IMG/VR virus record: IMGVR_UViG_3300033047_000037
Strand: one strand, 5' to 3'
Source of the DNA: an uncultured virus (IMG/VR IMGVR_UViG_3300033047_000037)
Lineage: Duplodnaviria > Heunggongvirae > Uroviricota > Caudoviricetes
Length of the DNA: 58,068 nucleotides
The notes below the pieces were generated by a model that was not told where the DNA came from, ran no database searches, and saw only the letters and a list, made by a program, of their open reading frames with translations. Both the position numbers and the translations under genes were made by a program. Below, one piece after another: positions 27,509-36,898 of the stretch (position 1 is its first letter; every line of letters begins with the position of its first letter).

Positions 27509-28505
27509 TAGACTACTATTGATTCTTTCGATTTTTGGTCTTTCAGCGTATTTCCTTGCCGTGCCGGGCTGTCTTAGCCCAAGGCGAGGTTCTGCTAATG
27601 TTCAGGAGCTTCCAAACGTAAGCGATGAAAGCGCAGGCCTTTCAGTCGCCAACGAGAAAATAAAGACTGTGGGTGAGGGTCTTAGTGGTCGTGCTGACCG
27701 CATAGAAGAAGGCACCGATAATGTTCGTGACACTCTCGACTCCACAGGAGTTGACCGACGAATGGTTAGCGAGCCTTTAGATGCGATAGACTCAGAGGCT
27801 CAGGGGTTGCGACAAGATAGTGCCGAATTAGAGTCTGCCCGTTTGCGTATTGATGATTTACGGATATCGCTTGACGGTGAGCAGGAAAAAATAGAAGACT
27901 TGACAGGGAATCTCGGAGATGCACAGGGCGTTATCTCATCTCTTGAAAAGGAGAATAGGGAACTCAGAGATAAAACAAATCAGTTATTCAAAGAGAAGAT
28001 GGCATGGATTGGTGTTATCTCCGTATTTGGAATTGGTGTCTCTGTTGTTCTTATATTCCTCACTAGGAGCGGTACTGCGACCATAATAGCGTTAGGATTT
28101 GTTGCTACTCTTGGAATATCCATTGCAGTTTCGTTGTATATGTCAGCGATAGCATGGGTAACAATAGCGATTGTTGGTATTGTTGCAGTAGGTGTGATTG
28201 GCTATATGGCATATCAGAAGTTGACCGACAATAAGAGAGTCGATGAGCTTATCCAGACGAATGAAGTAGCTAAAGATTACTTGAGCCAAGAAGCTCGTGA
28301 CCACATCTTCGGTCGAGGAGCAGAACCGGGCGTTGCGGATAGGATTCAATCTAACGCAACAAGGGCTATGGTAAGGCAGATTCGTAGAACAGGAAAAAGA
28401 AAGTTCGATTTATCGCCGAGGGGTTCAGTAATTCCGCAAATTAGAGCGCAACCGAGTGAATCTAGTTATTTTATTGTCGATAACGAAAAATCTGTAACTT
28501 ACTAA
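27486..28505 (+). CDS. lipoprotein-like coiled-coil protein with C-terminal transmembrane helices
   Basis: Hydrophobic signal ending LAVPGC, long coiled coil, three TM segments, basic tail. Confidence 0.7.
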   Translation: MTEPVKISRLLLILSIFGLSAYFLAVPGCLSPRRGSANVQELPNVSDESAGLSVANEKIKTVGEGLSGRADRIEEGTDNVRDTLDSTGVDRRMVSEPLDAIDSEAQGLRQDSAELESARLRIDDLRISLDGEQEKIEDLTGNLGDAQGVISSLEKENRELRDKTNQLFKEKMAWIGVISVFGIGVSVVLIFLTRSGTATIIALGFVATLGISIAVSLYMSAIAWVTIAIVGIVAVGVIGYMAYQKLTDNKRVDELIQTNEVAKDYLSQEARDHIFGRGAEPGVADRIQSNATRAMVRQIRRTGKRKFDLSPRGSVIPQIRAQPSESSYFIVDNEKSVTY

Positions 28506-28535
28506 ACGCTTCACCACAGCCACGCTCTTCGCTCA

Positions 28536-28544
28536 TGTTATAAT
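28536..28544 (+). promoter_or_regulatory. extended -10 (housekeeping sigma) promoter of the phage sigma gene
   Basis: TGTTATAAT about 30 nt upstream of the AGGAG-led ATG 28575. Confidence 0.6.
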
Positions 28545-28574
28545 GGGCTTGTTATATATATTCAGGAGTACATA

Positions 28575-29396
28575 ATGAATAACGCTGTAGAAAATGATAT
28601 AGAAAAACTATGGGATGATTTTGACCAAGTGAAACTAAACAATTCACCGGATGATGAAGTCTATATATTAGCTCGCAATGCACTGGTTGAAGAATATTAT
28701 CCCTTTGTCGAGTCTGTGGCTCGCAATATGGTAAATAAGCTCAGGGACATTACAGAAGAGGAGTTGTCCTCTTTTGGTGTGGATGGGCTGTTTCGGGCTA
28801 TCGAACGATTTGATCGTAAGATGGAGATACAGTTTAAGACATTCTCCATGTACCGAATTAGGGGCGCGATGCTGGATAATATCCGAAAGGCCGATTGGGT
28901 TCCTCGTTTAGTTCGCCGCAATCGCTCTCAATTAGAGAAAATTCGTGCAAAATTCGAGTCAGAGAAGGGTTGTCCCTTGACTGACGGGGAGATGGCGGAA
29001 AAGATGGGTATAACCATTGAAGCGTATCAAGAGATGGCAAAGGGAGCAACGCCCGTTGGGCTCATCTCTATGGATTCAAGATCAAGGGGCGACCAGGATG
29101 AAGAGTATGATTGTATTTCAAATATTGCTGTAGCCGACGCATTTGATCCGCTTGATGAAATGCTTAGAGATGAGATGTATCGCAAGCTTATGGGGAAGAA
29201 TTTTACCCCATTAGAGCGAAAGATTATCTATATGCATTACTATGACGGATTGACTATGAAAGAGATATCGCAGAAGGTCAGCTTTTGCGAATCACGAATT
29301 AGTCAAATGCATACCGATATAATAAGAAGACTACAGAGAAAGATTGAAAGAAACCCAGAGTATGCGGCTGACCTGCGAAAAATGTTGAAAGCATGA
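28575..29396 (+). CDS. RNA polymerase sigma factor, FliA/WhiG (sigma28) family
   Basis: RNALVEEY.P.V, GLFRAIERFD, FKTFS.YRIRGAMLD.IRKADWVPRLVR, YYDGLTMKEI......ESRISQMH. Confidence 0.93.
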   Translation: MNNAVENDIEKLWDDFDQVKLNNSPDDEVYILARNALVEEYYPFVESVARNMVNKLRDITEEELSSFGVDGLFRAIERFDRKMEIQFKTFSMYRIRGAMLDNIRKADWVPRLVRRNRSQLEKIRAKFESEKGCPLTDGEMAEKMGITIEAYQEMAKGATPVGLISMDSRSRGDQDEEYDCISNIAVADAFDPLDEMLRDEMYRKLMGKNFTPLERKIIYMHYYDGLTMKEISQKVSFCESRISQMHTDIIRRLQRKIERNPEYAADLRKMLKA

Positions 29397-29397
29397 T

Positions 29398-30012
29398 ATG
29401 ATACAAGTAACACAAGGTGATATAACGAAGCTACGAGACATTGATGTCATCGTGAATGCCGCAAACGGCATCGGCGTTATGGGTGCAGGCATTGCTGGTG
29501 CTATATCTCGATCAGGCGGACAAGCCTGGTCTATAAAGGTTAGAAATTACTGTCGAGAAAATGGCCCCTTCGAACCAGGTGATTGTTATTCAGACGGTGA
29601 CGCAGGGCTACTGAAGCGGTCAGGAATTGAAAAGGTATATCATGCGGTTACGATGAAATATCCTGGAAGTCAAACAAGTCTTGAGTATGTCATTTCTTCG
29701 TTGAATAAAGCCGTTCAGAAAGCTATTTCAGAAGGGCATAAAAGTATTGCGATACCCGGTCTTGGGACCGGCATCGGAGGTTTGGACAAAGTGCAGGTTG
29801 CTCATCGTATGGCAACGGAACTGCTCAACTTCACAAATAGGATTGAAATCCTTGTAGTAGATATGGACAAAGTGTTCATTGATTCCTTTAGGAAAGCAAT
29901 AGGTCAAGAGAATGAGATAGAAAGAGAAAGAGAAAGAGAAAGAGAAAACCATGGAAACCACACAGCAGAATCACAAATGTCACCTGAGTCAACCGACGCT
30001 GATTCTAAATAG
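29398..30012 (+). CDS. macrodomain (ADP-ribose-processing) protein
   Basis: QGDIT...DVIVNAAN...MGAGIAGAI, VYHAVT, SIAIPGLGTGIGG. Confidence 0.93.
   Translation: MIQVTQGDITKLRDIDVIVNAANGIGVMGAGIAGAISRSGGQAWSIKVRNYCRENGPFEPGDCYSDGDAGLLKRSGIEKVYHAVTMKYPGSQTSLEYVISSLNKAVQKAISEGHKSIAIPGLGTGIGGLDKVQVAHRMATELLNFTNRIEILVVDMDKVFIDSFRKAIGQENEIERERERERENHGNHTAESQMSPESTDADSK
29919..29946 (+). repeat. hexamer microsatellite (AGAAAG)x4+
   Basis: Encodes ERERERE; lies directly upstream of the HNH start codon. Confidence 0.85.
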
Positions 30013-30598
30013 CGCATGGCAACCGATTACGATCGCCTCCGTGCGTTCGTCAATCTGTAAGGTCACATCTGGGCTGGCTCGTTTCCTGGAACCAGACTCA
30101 TATATGCTTCATGACTTTACCTCATGGATGACCTTAGAGGCCGAAGGCGACAATTACATCAGTATGGTCAGGGACAAGCGAATCCGTGTGCCTGAAATTG
30201 TTGTCCTTGCTTCGTATGACAGGTTCCCTATGAAGAAGGTAAAACTAACTCGTAGGAACCTGTTGATTCGTGACGGATTTCGTTGCCAGTACACAGGCAA
30301 GAGGGTCTCTGGTAGTGATGCTACAATTGACCACGTTATCCCTCAGTCTCGTAAGGGGGGCAATACTTGGGACAACCTCGTTATCGCCTCGCTCAGAGCG
30401 AATGCTAAGAAGGCCAACAAGACTCCGGAGGAAGCAGGCATGAAGCTGCTGAAGAGACCCACTGAACCAAAGTGGTCTCCTATCTATTCGAAGTTCTCCA
30501 AGGTTAACTTGCGAAGCAGGCACCCAGAGTCTTGGCTCAAGTTCCTGCCAGACAAGTGGTATCCTGAAGACTACTGGGATACTGAGCTAAAATCGTAA
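29951..30598 (+). CDS. HNH endonuclease (McrA-like, LxLN...TRRN..RD family)
   Basis: LILNSAWQPI, LTRRNLLIRDGFRCQY, TIDHVIPQSRKGGNTWDNLV, N.KKANKTPEEAGMKL. Confidence 0.9.
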   Translation: METTQQNHKCHLSQPTLILNSAWQPITIASVRSSICKVTSGLARFLEPDSYMLHDFTSWMTLEAEGDNYISMVRDKRIRVPEIVVLASYDRFPMKKVKLTRRNLLIRDGFRCQYTGKRVSGSDATIDHVIPQSRKGGNTWDNLVIASLRANAKKANKTPEEAGMKLLKRPTEPKWSPIYSKFSKVNLRSRHPESWLKFLPDKWYPEDYWDTELKS

Positions 30599-31285
30599 AT
30601 GGGCATAAAGAGACACATACGGTACTCTTCTGTTCGCAACAGGAACTCTGTCAAGGAGTGGGCGGGTAAGCTTTCGGGCGTACCCGCCTTTATCCTTGGC
30701 AATTCCCCGTCTCTCAATGATGAAAACCTAAGTCTTTTGGACCCGTATTTTACAATTGGTATAAATAGGGCTTTTTATAAGACGGACCCTACGGTATTGT
30801 TTTGGCAAGACATAGAATTGTGGTTTACAGAAAAGAAGAAGATACTCAAACTCAATTCAGTTAAAGTTTGTAGGGATATGTCCGACCCACAGAGCAGATT
30901 CTTTCATTACAGAATAAAGCCAGGTAATTTCAAGGTTCCAAAAACGCCAAACATTCTTCACGGCTTTGGAACAACAGGCCCCTTGGCGGTTCAGTTTGCC
31001 TATGCACTAGGATGCGATCCAATCATACTGCTTGGTATGGACTGCCACAAAAGAGGCACTTCAACAGATTTCTACGGACGCAACAGGCACCATAAACCTC
31101 ATACCCTTAAGAATTGCTCAAAAGGCCTCAAGTGGATCAGGGACAATATTACAGACAGAACAGTTATAAGTTGTTCTCAAGATAGCGATATATTTGAATA
31201 TCAAAGCCTGGAAAAAGTTATACAGGATATAGGTCCATCGTTTGCTCAAAACAGGGGCTATTGGGCGGGAAGATTGTCGTGCTGA
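30599..31285 (+). CDS. Maf/MptE-like (DUF115) glycosyltransferase-fold protein, copy 1
   Basis: AFILGNSPSL, TIGINR, FWQD, AVQFAYALGCDPIILLGMDC, DFYG. Confidence 0.75.
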   Translation: MGIKRHIRYSSVRNRNSVKEWAGKLSGVPAFILGNSPSLNDENLSLLDPYFTIGINRAFYKTDPTVLFWQDIELWFTEKKKILKLNSVKVCRDMSDPQSRFFHYRIKPGNFKVPKTPNILHGFGTTGPLAVQFAYALGCDPIILLGMDCHKRGTSTDFYGRNRHHKPHTLKNCSKGLKWIRDNITDRTVISCSQDSDIFEYQSLEKVIQDIGPSFAQNRGYWAGRLSC

Positions 31286-31935
31286 GATCCTCAGTGAAGT
31301 TCCCAATAAAAAGATGGGCAGGCTGTTTAGAAGGCGAACCTGCCTTCGTATTAGGCAATTCTCCTTCAATCCTAGGGGAAGATCTAACTTCATTAGAAGA
31401 TTACTTTACGATAGGTATGAACCGCATTTTCAAGCTATTTGAACCGACCATCCTATTCTGGCAAGACAAGGGTCTCTACGAAGACGGATTGAAAGAAAAA
31501 ATCGACAAGCTCGGGTGTATAAAGGTATGCAGAGAGCAATGCGACCCCTGCAAGGAGTATACTAATTTTAGAGTCAACGCAGGCAGGTACGCTTTCGTAG
31601 ACCAGCCCCAACAACTTCAGGGGTATGGCTGTTCCGCTGGCATAGCAGTTCAGATGGCAGTAGCTATGGGTTGTGGTTCGGTTATACTATTGGGTTGCGA
31701 TGGAGAATACCTGAACGGAAAGACAGATTTTTATGGAAATAACAAACAGCACAGGTCTCATACATTAAGGAATTTCTCAAGAGCATATGATTTTATTGAA
31801 AAGGAATGTCCTGTTCCTATTTTTAATTGTTCTACAAACTCTCGCTGGCCCCGTTTAAAGCTAGCAGAGGTTATTGAGGAACTCAATCCTTCGTCTAAAG
31901 CTAAAGGACAATGGCAGGCAATGCTTTATCGTTGA
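31261..31935 (+). CDS. Maf/MptE-like (DUF115) glycosyltransferase-fold protein, copy 2
   Basis: AFVLGNSPSI, TIGMNR, FWQD, AVQMAVAMGC..VILLGCD, IFNCS; tandem paralog; start uncertain. Confidence 0.75.
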   Translation: MGGKIVVLRSSVKFPIKRWAGCLEGEPAFVLGNSPSILGEDLTSLEDYFTIGMNRIFKLFEPTILFWQDKGLYEDGLKEKIDKLGCIKVCREQCDPCKEYTNFRVNAGRYAFVDQPQQLQGYGCSAGIAVQMAVAMGCGSVILLGCDGEYLNGKTDFYGNNKQHRSHTLRNFSRAYDFIEKECPVPIFNCSTNSRWPRLKLAEVIEELNPSSKAKGQWQAMLYR

Positions 31936-31991
31936 AGTGAAGGTAATTCTACTATAATAGTAGTATAAATGGTTTGCACCCGAGGTATACT

Positions 31992-33113
31992 ATGTCAGAT
32001 ACAGAAAACCAGCAAGACACTACAGACTATAGCTCTTATTTTGAGTTCATGAAAGACTCAGACAAGCATATAGCTATAGTCTGTCATGACCAGCCAGATC
32101 CAGACTGTCTAGCGAGCGCCATGGCGGTTGAATCAATTGCAAAGCACTTCGGCTTGTCCGCTACTATCTACTATGGCGGAGAGCTTGCTCATACACAGAA
32201 TAGGGTTATGGTTAATGTATTGAACATAGTCACACAAAGACTAGATGAGGAAGACGAGGATGTTCTTGAATCTATGAAAGAGGCCATATCGAACAGCCTT
32301 ATAGTTCTTGTTGATACCGCAAACTTCGGAAAAGAAAACTGCTCTCGTATATCAGGGGTTGTGGAAAAGGGGCGGGATCCTGATCTGATCATAGATCACC
32401 ATGAATTGAATCCTAGCTTTAACGGCTCCTATCTTCATGAGTCTTTTGGATCATGTTCCACAATACTATATAGAGCAATGAAAGCTTTAGATATTACTGT
32501 AGGTAAAACTTTAGCCACAGCGCTATATCTTGGAATAAATACGGATACAGCCGATCTAAAAGCAGAGCCTACTACCGATGAAGATAGCGAATCTTACGAG
32601 GAACTGAAATCACAGGTTGATTTAGAAAAGTTCCTCAAGATACTAAATTATCCTAAGCCTCTTGCTCTAATTGACTTACGTCGTCGAGCGTATGCTACGC
32701 TGGAGATATGTAACAACCTGGCGGTTGCAAGCGTTGGTATTATAACCCCTCAGCAGAGATCTCTCTTGGCTGAGCTTTGCGTGGAGTTGTTAGAAGTAGA
32801 ATCTATTGAAACTTCGGTTATCATGGCTATCGTTGATGAGGGTTCAAAATCTGACAAGTTTTTGGTTGCAAGTTTTAGAAGTAGTGTATTAGCAATCAAT
32901 ACGAGAGATTTTATGACCAAGGTTTTTGGTAAGAAAAATGCTGGAGGGCGAAAAGGGGCTGGAGCCGCTAGTGTGAAACTCGACGGAATCCATGTCGTTG
33001 CGCTCGATAACATTAGGAAGACCCACGGCGATAATGGACATCTGTCAGAATATACTGGTTTTATTTTCGATGCATATTCCAGTAGAATCAAGGAAGAAAA
33101 AGACAACATATAA
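31992..33113 (+). CDS. DHH family phosphoesterase (NrnA-like)
   Basis: HDQPDPDCLAS, VLVDT, IIDHH, LGINTDT, AGGRKGAGAA; GAGG RBS before ATG 31992. Confidence 0.92.
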   Translation: MSDTENQQDTTDYSSYFEFMKDSDKHIAIVCHDQPDPDCLASAMAVESIAKHFGLSATIYYGGELAHTQNRVMVNVLNIVTQRLDEEDEDVLESMKEAISNSLIVLVDTANFGKENCSRISGVVEKGRDPDLIIDHHELNPSFNGSYLHESFGSCSTILYRAMKALDITVGKTLATALYLGINTDTADLKAEPTTDEDSESYEELKSQVDLEKFLKILNYPKPLALIDLRRRAYATLEICNNLAVASVGIITPQQRSLLAELCVELLEVESIETSVIMAIVDEGSKSDKFLVASFRSSVLAINTRDFMTKVFGKKNAGGRKGAGAASVKLDGIHVVALDNIRKTHGDNGHLSEYTGFIFDAYSSRIKEEKDNI

Positions 33114-33252
33114 GCACAGTAAGGGTTTATGTTTTCTTTCTTTCCTGCCATGTAAATATTCTTGAGTGAAGCAAGGAAGGTCTGCTTCTCCGGTGGTCGA
33201 ATATAGTTCTTGCAACAGTAAGAAAACTAGACTAATTCGGAGGAGAAAATAC

Positions 33253-36200
33253 ATGCCTAGTGCTACAATATCTGGCGATGCCAGGGTGCTGAATGAGCAA
33301 AATACCCTGGCTTTTTTTGACGGCGACGGGCTCGCAACTGACGTGTTCCTAAAGAAATATGCCGTCACAAAGCCTGATGGAACTTTAGAAGAATATCTCC
33401 CATCTCAAATGTGGGAAAGAATGGCAAGGGCAGCTTCCAAGGTAGAGGAAAATCAAGAACACTGGTATAAAGAGTTCCTAAATGTCCTTACAGGTTGGAA
33501 GGCCGTCCCTCAGGGTAGTATTATGTTTGCCTTGGGAAATCCATACCAAAGATCATCTTGTTCGAATTGTTTTGTCGTCCCCATCCATGAAGATTCCCTG
33601 GAGGGGATTTTTGATGCAGCAAAAGAGATGGCTAAAACTTATGCATATAGAGGGGGCGTGGGCATTGACATATCTCCGCTAAGACCAGCAAACGCAAGCG
33701 TTTCTAACGCAGCAAGAACCTCTACTGGCGCTTGGTCTTTTATGGATTTCTATAGTTACGTTACTCGCCTTATAGGGCAGCACGGTCGTCGTGGTGCCTT
33801 GATGCTTACAATCAATGATAGCCATCCTGATTTAGTTAACTTTATTCAAGCAAAGACGGACTTAACTAAGGTCACAGGGGCCAATGTCTCAATCAAGATT
33901 AGCGATGCATTTATGAATGCGGTTGAGAAAGATTTACCATGGGTAATGGAATTTGAAACAACTCATGAAAAGATTGTCAAGGAAATGCCAGCTAAAGATA
34001 TTTGGCACATTCTTGTTGAGTGCGCAACTAATACCGCTGAGCCTGGTATCTTGTTTTGGGACAATATATTAAGAGAATCACCAGCAGACTGCTATAGTGA
34101 TGATGGTTTTGAAACCATTTGTACGAATCCTTGTGTAACTTCAGATACTTGGATTATGACTTCAGAAGGGCCAATGCAAGTAAAGAGTCTTGTTGGACAA
34201 CCATTTTCTGCTGTAGTAGACGGAGAATCTTATAAGTCGTCTAGTGAGGGGTTCTTTTTTACTGGAACGAAGCCGATTGTTCGCCTAGAAACTGATAGAG
34301 GATTCTCTTTAAGATGTACTGAGGACCATAAAATTAAAGTGGTTACCGAGAACAGCAGGGGTAAAAAGACATTCGAATGGATAGAGGCATCTTCTTTGAA
34401 AGAAGATGATTTGGTAAATCTAAACAGCTTGAGACAGTGCAAAACTTGGGAAGCTGATCAGAGCGGTCCCAGGGGGAGGGATTGTCACGAAGGTTGGCTG
34501 TCTGGCTATCTTCTTGGAGATGGTACGTTTGAGCATTTTGATAGAGATTTAATTGATAAAGAAGATATAACTGTAGATGATTTTAGCGGGTTTACTGGAA
34601 GTAATACTGCAATATTGACTTTCTGGGGAGACGAAGGAGAGCAAATTAGGGAATACGCTATTGAGCAATTGGAAAAAAGCGATATAAAAACTAGAAGCGA
34701 TTGTGGATCGAGGAAAACTGATACTATATCGGATATAAGTCGAATCAAATCTGCTACGCTTGCTTTGCGAGCGATGTCTCAAGGTGTATCTCCGTCAAAA
34801 GATTTGAATGAATCTATTGAATTGGGTTCAAGTGACTTTTACATAGGATTTTTGAGAGGATGGCTAGATGCTGATGGGACCGTTCTTTATAGTAAAGAAA
34901 AAGCATCTTATAGCGTCAGACTTTCTTCCACAAAACTCAATAATCTACATATAGCGCAGAGGATGCTTGCTAGGCTTGGAATTATCTCTACGGTTTATCC
35001 TGTCCGCAAAGAAGAGGGTTACAGGTCACTACCTGACGGGAAGGGTGGTAATAAGGACTATTACTGCAATGCCAATCATGAACTTGTTATATCAAGAGAT
35101 AATTTGGTTGTTTTTTCAGATAGAATAGGGTTTGGTTGTAAAAATAAACAGGAGAAACTTGAGAAGGTTTTGGACTCTCTTGAAAGAGGTCCGTATAAGG
35201 AAACATTTACAGCCAAGGTTGTTTCTGTTACTCCTTGCGGCATAGAAGATGTATACGATGCGACTATTGAAGATGTGCATGAATTTGATGCTAATGGTAT
35301 ATCAGTTCATAATTGCAGCGAAATACCTCTTCCTGCATATGATGCCTGTACGCTTTTAAGCATGAACCTAACTAAGTATACCCGTGATGACTTTGACTCA
35401 AGTGCAAGTTTTGATTTTGAAGCCTTTGGCAAAGACACCGCTACTGCTCTTCGTTTTCTGGATAATGTAAAAGAGATTGACCTTTCCCTTATGCCGCTTC
35501 AGCAGCAACGAGAGATTGCGGCACTGGGTCGTCGTGTCGGCATGGGAACAAATGGTCTTGGCGATACTCTTGCTCGTCTTAGACTCCGTTACGACAGCGA
35601 TGAGGCTATCGATTTTGTTGACAGATTGTATGAGTTCTTTGCGAAGACCGTTTATCAGTCATCTGTTGATCTTGCTACAGAGAAGGGGGCTTTCCCGATC
35701 TTTGATGCAGAGAAAGAAAAGGACAATCCATTCTTGAAGAGAATTGGATTTGCAGGAATTCCTCGTCGCAATATTGCCTTACTTACTTGCGCTCCTACCG
35801 GCTCTCTTTCCATGCTTTGTCAGACATCCTCAGGTGTAGAGCCCGTTTTCCGTAACTTCTATACTCGTCGCCGTAAGATAACTCATAATGAAGCAATAAG
35901 CATACCAAAGAGCCAACTGCACAAGGATAAAATCGGAGACGTTTGGCAGGAATATGATGTTGCCCATCATAATGTTGCTCGCTATCTTGAGTATAAAAAG
36001 GTTGATTTAGATATAATAAGGGCTTGCGATGTTGCTTTGCCTGAGTATTTTGTTGAATCTGATGTCATAGATTGGCGCAAGCGAGTCAAGATACAGGCAA
36101 CTATGCAGAAGTGGGTTGATCACGCTATCTCTTCAACTTGTAACCTTCCAAAGGGAACAAACGTAGAGACAGTTAAGGAAGTATATGAAGAGGCCTATCG

Positions 36201-36804
36201 TTCAGGATGTAAAGGTTTCACTGTTTATGTTGATGGATGCCGAGACGGGGTTCTTATCTCTAATGAAGAAAAATCAGAAGGCGATATAGTTAAGACAGAT
36301 GCCCCTAAGAGGCCAAAGACTTTAGAATCTGATGTTCATCATGTATCAGTCAAGGGGAAGGAATACTTTGTAACTGTTGGCCTTTTGAATGGCGAACCAT
36401 ATGAAGTGTTTGCGGGGGAAAATGGTTTTATACCCAAAAGGGTTAAGAAGGCTGATATTTCCAAAATCAAGAGAGGGCACTATACTGCTATTCTTGATGA
36501 TGGAGGGACTATCGAGAATATATCAGATCATGTCAATGATGACGAAGCAGCTATTACTCGTTTGATTTCGCTTTCGCTCCGTCATGGAGCAGATATATGC
36601 CATTGTGTTTCTACCTTAGAAAAGGTCCCAGGAGATATGCACAACTTTGCTCGTTCTCTTTCTCGGACTCTCAAGAAGTACATACCAGACGGAACAGAAG
36701 TAACAGGCGTAGCATGCGGTGGCGAAGGCTGCGAGAGCAAGAATCTAGCCCGTCAAGAGGGTTGCGTAATATGTCTTGATTGTGGCTGGTCGGGTTGTAG
36801 TTAA
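33253..36804 (+). CDS. nrdJ: class II (adenosylcobalamin-dependent) ribonucleotide reductase with intein
   Basis: SNCFV, GGVG..S.LRP, RRGALM, TNP|C-S-E, APTGS, ISSTCNLP, KGFTVYVDG.R, C-terminal TSCPD-like region and Zn ribbon; no beta-subunit gene adjacent; GGAGGAG RBS before ATG 33253. Confidence 0.93.
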   Translation: MPSATISGDARVLNEQNTLAFFDGDGLATDVFLKKYAVTKPDGTLEEYLPSQMWERMARAASKVEENQEHWYKEFLNVLTGWKAVPQGSIMFALGNPYQRSSCSNCFVVPIHEDSLEGIFDAAKEMAKTYAYRGGVGIDISPLRPANASVSNAARTSTGAWSFMDFYSYVTRLIGQHGRRGALMLTINDSHPDLVNFIQAKTDLTKVTGANVSIKISDAFMNAVEKDLPWVMEFETTHEKIVKEMPAKDIWHILVECATNTAEPGILFWDNILRESPADCYSDDGFETICTNPCVTSDTWIMTSEGPMQVKSLVGQPFSAVVDGESYKSSSEGFFFTGTKPIVRLETDRGFSLRCTEDHKIKVVTENSRGKKTFEWIEASSLKEDDLVNLNSLRQCKTWEADQSGPRGRDCHEGWLSGYLLGDGTFEHFDRDLIDKEDITVDDFSGFTGSNTAILTFWGDEGEQIREYAIEQLEKSDIKTRSDCGSRKTDTISDISRIKSATLALRAMSQGVSPSKDLNESIELGSSDFYIGFLRGWLDADGTVLYSKEKASYSVRLSSTKLNNLHIAQRMLARLGIISTVYPVRKEEGYRSLPDGKGGNKDYYCNANHELVISRDNLVVFSDRIGFGCKNKQEKLEKVLDSLERGPYKETFTAKVVSVTPCGIEDVYDATIEDVHEFDANGISVHNCSEIPLPAYDACTLLSMNLTKYTRDDFDSSASFDFEAFGKDTATALRFLDNVKEIDLSLMPLQQQREIAALGRRVGMGTNGLGDTLARLRLRYDSDEAIDFVDRLYEFFAKTVYQSSVDLATEKGAFPIFDAEKEKDNPFLKRIGFAGIPRRNIALLTCAPTGSLSMLCQTSSGVEPVFRNFYTRRRKITHNEAISIPKSQLHKDKIGDVWQEYDVAHHNVARYLEYKKVDLDIIRACDVALPEYFVESDVIDWRKRVKIQATMQKWVDHAISSTCNLPKGTNVETVKEVYEEAYRSGCKGFTVYVDGCRDGVLISNEEKSEGDIVKTDAPKRPKTLESDVHHVSVKGKEYFVTVGLLNGEPYEVFAGENGFIPKRVKKADISKIKRGHYTAILDDGGTIENISDHVNDDEAAITRLISLSLRHGADICHCVSTLEKVPGDMHNFARSLSRTLKKYIPDGTEVTGVACGGEGCESKNLARQEGCVICLDCGWSGCS
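34132..35313 (+). mobile_element. intein with LAGLIDADG homing endonuclease (394 aa)
   Basis: TNP|CVTSDTWI ... CTEDHKI (block B) ... GYLLGDG ... GWLDADG ... VYDATI...ANGISVHN|CSE. Confidence 0.96.
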
Positions 36805-36828
36805 GGCTTTAACGGTTCTTCTAATTCA

Positions 36829-36870
36829 ATGGCCTCTCAGTGTGCAAAAGCCCTGGGAGGCCATTTCTTT
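36829..36870 (+). terminator. intrinsic terminator after the RNR gene
   Basis: ATGGCCTCTCAG...CTGGGAGGCCAT followed by TTCTTT. Confidence 0.75.
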
Positions 36871-36898
36871 GACCGATACAGAATAAGGGGAGTAATAT

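Noticed and set aside
29951..30598. HNH gene as a mobile homing element
   Set aside because: It resembles the cellular McrA-like HNH family, sits in an operon, and shows no intron or target scar.
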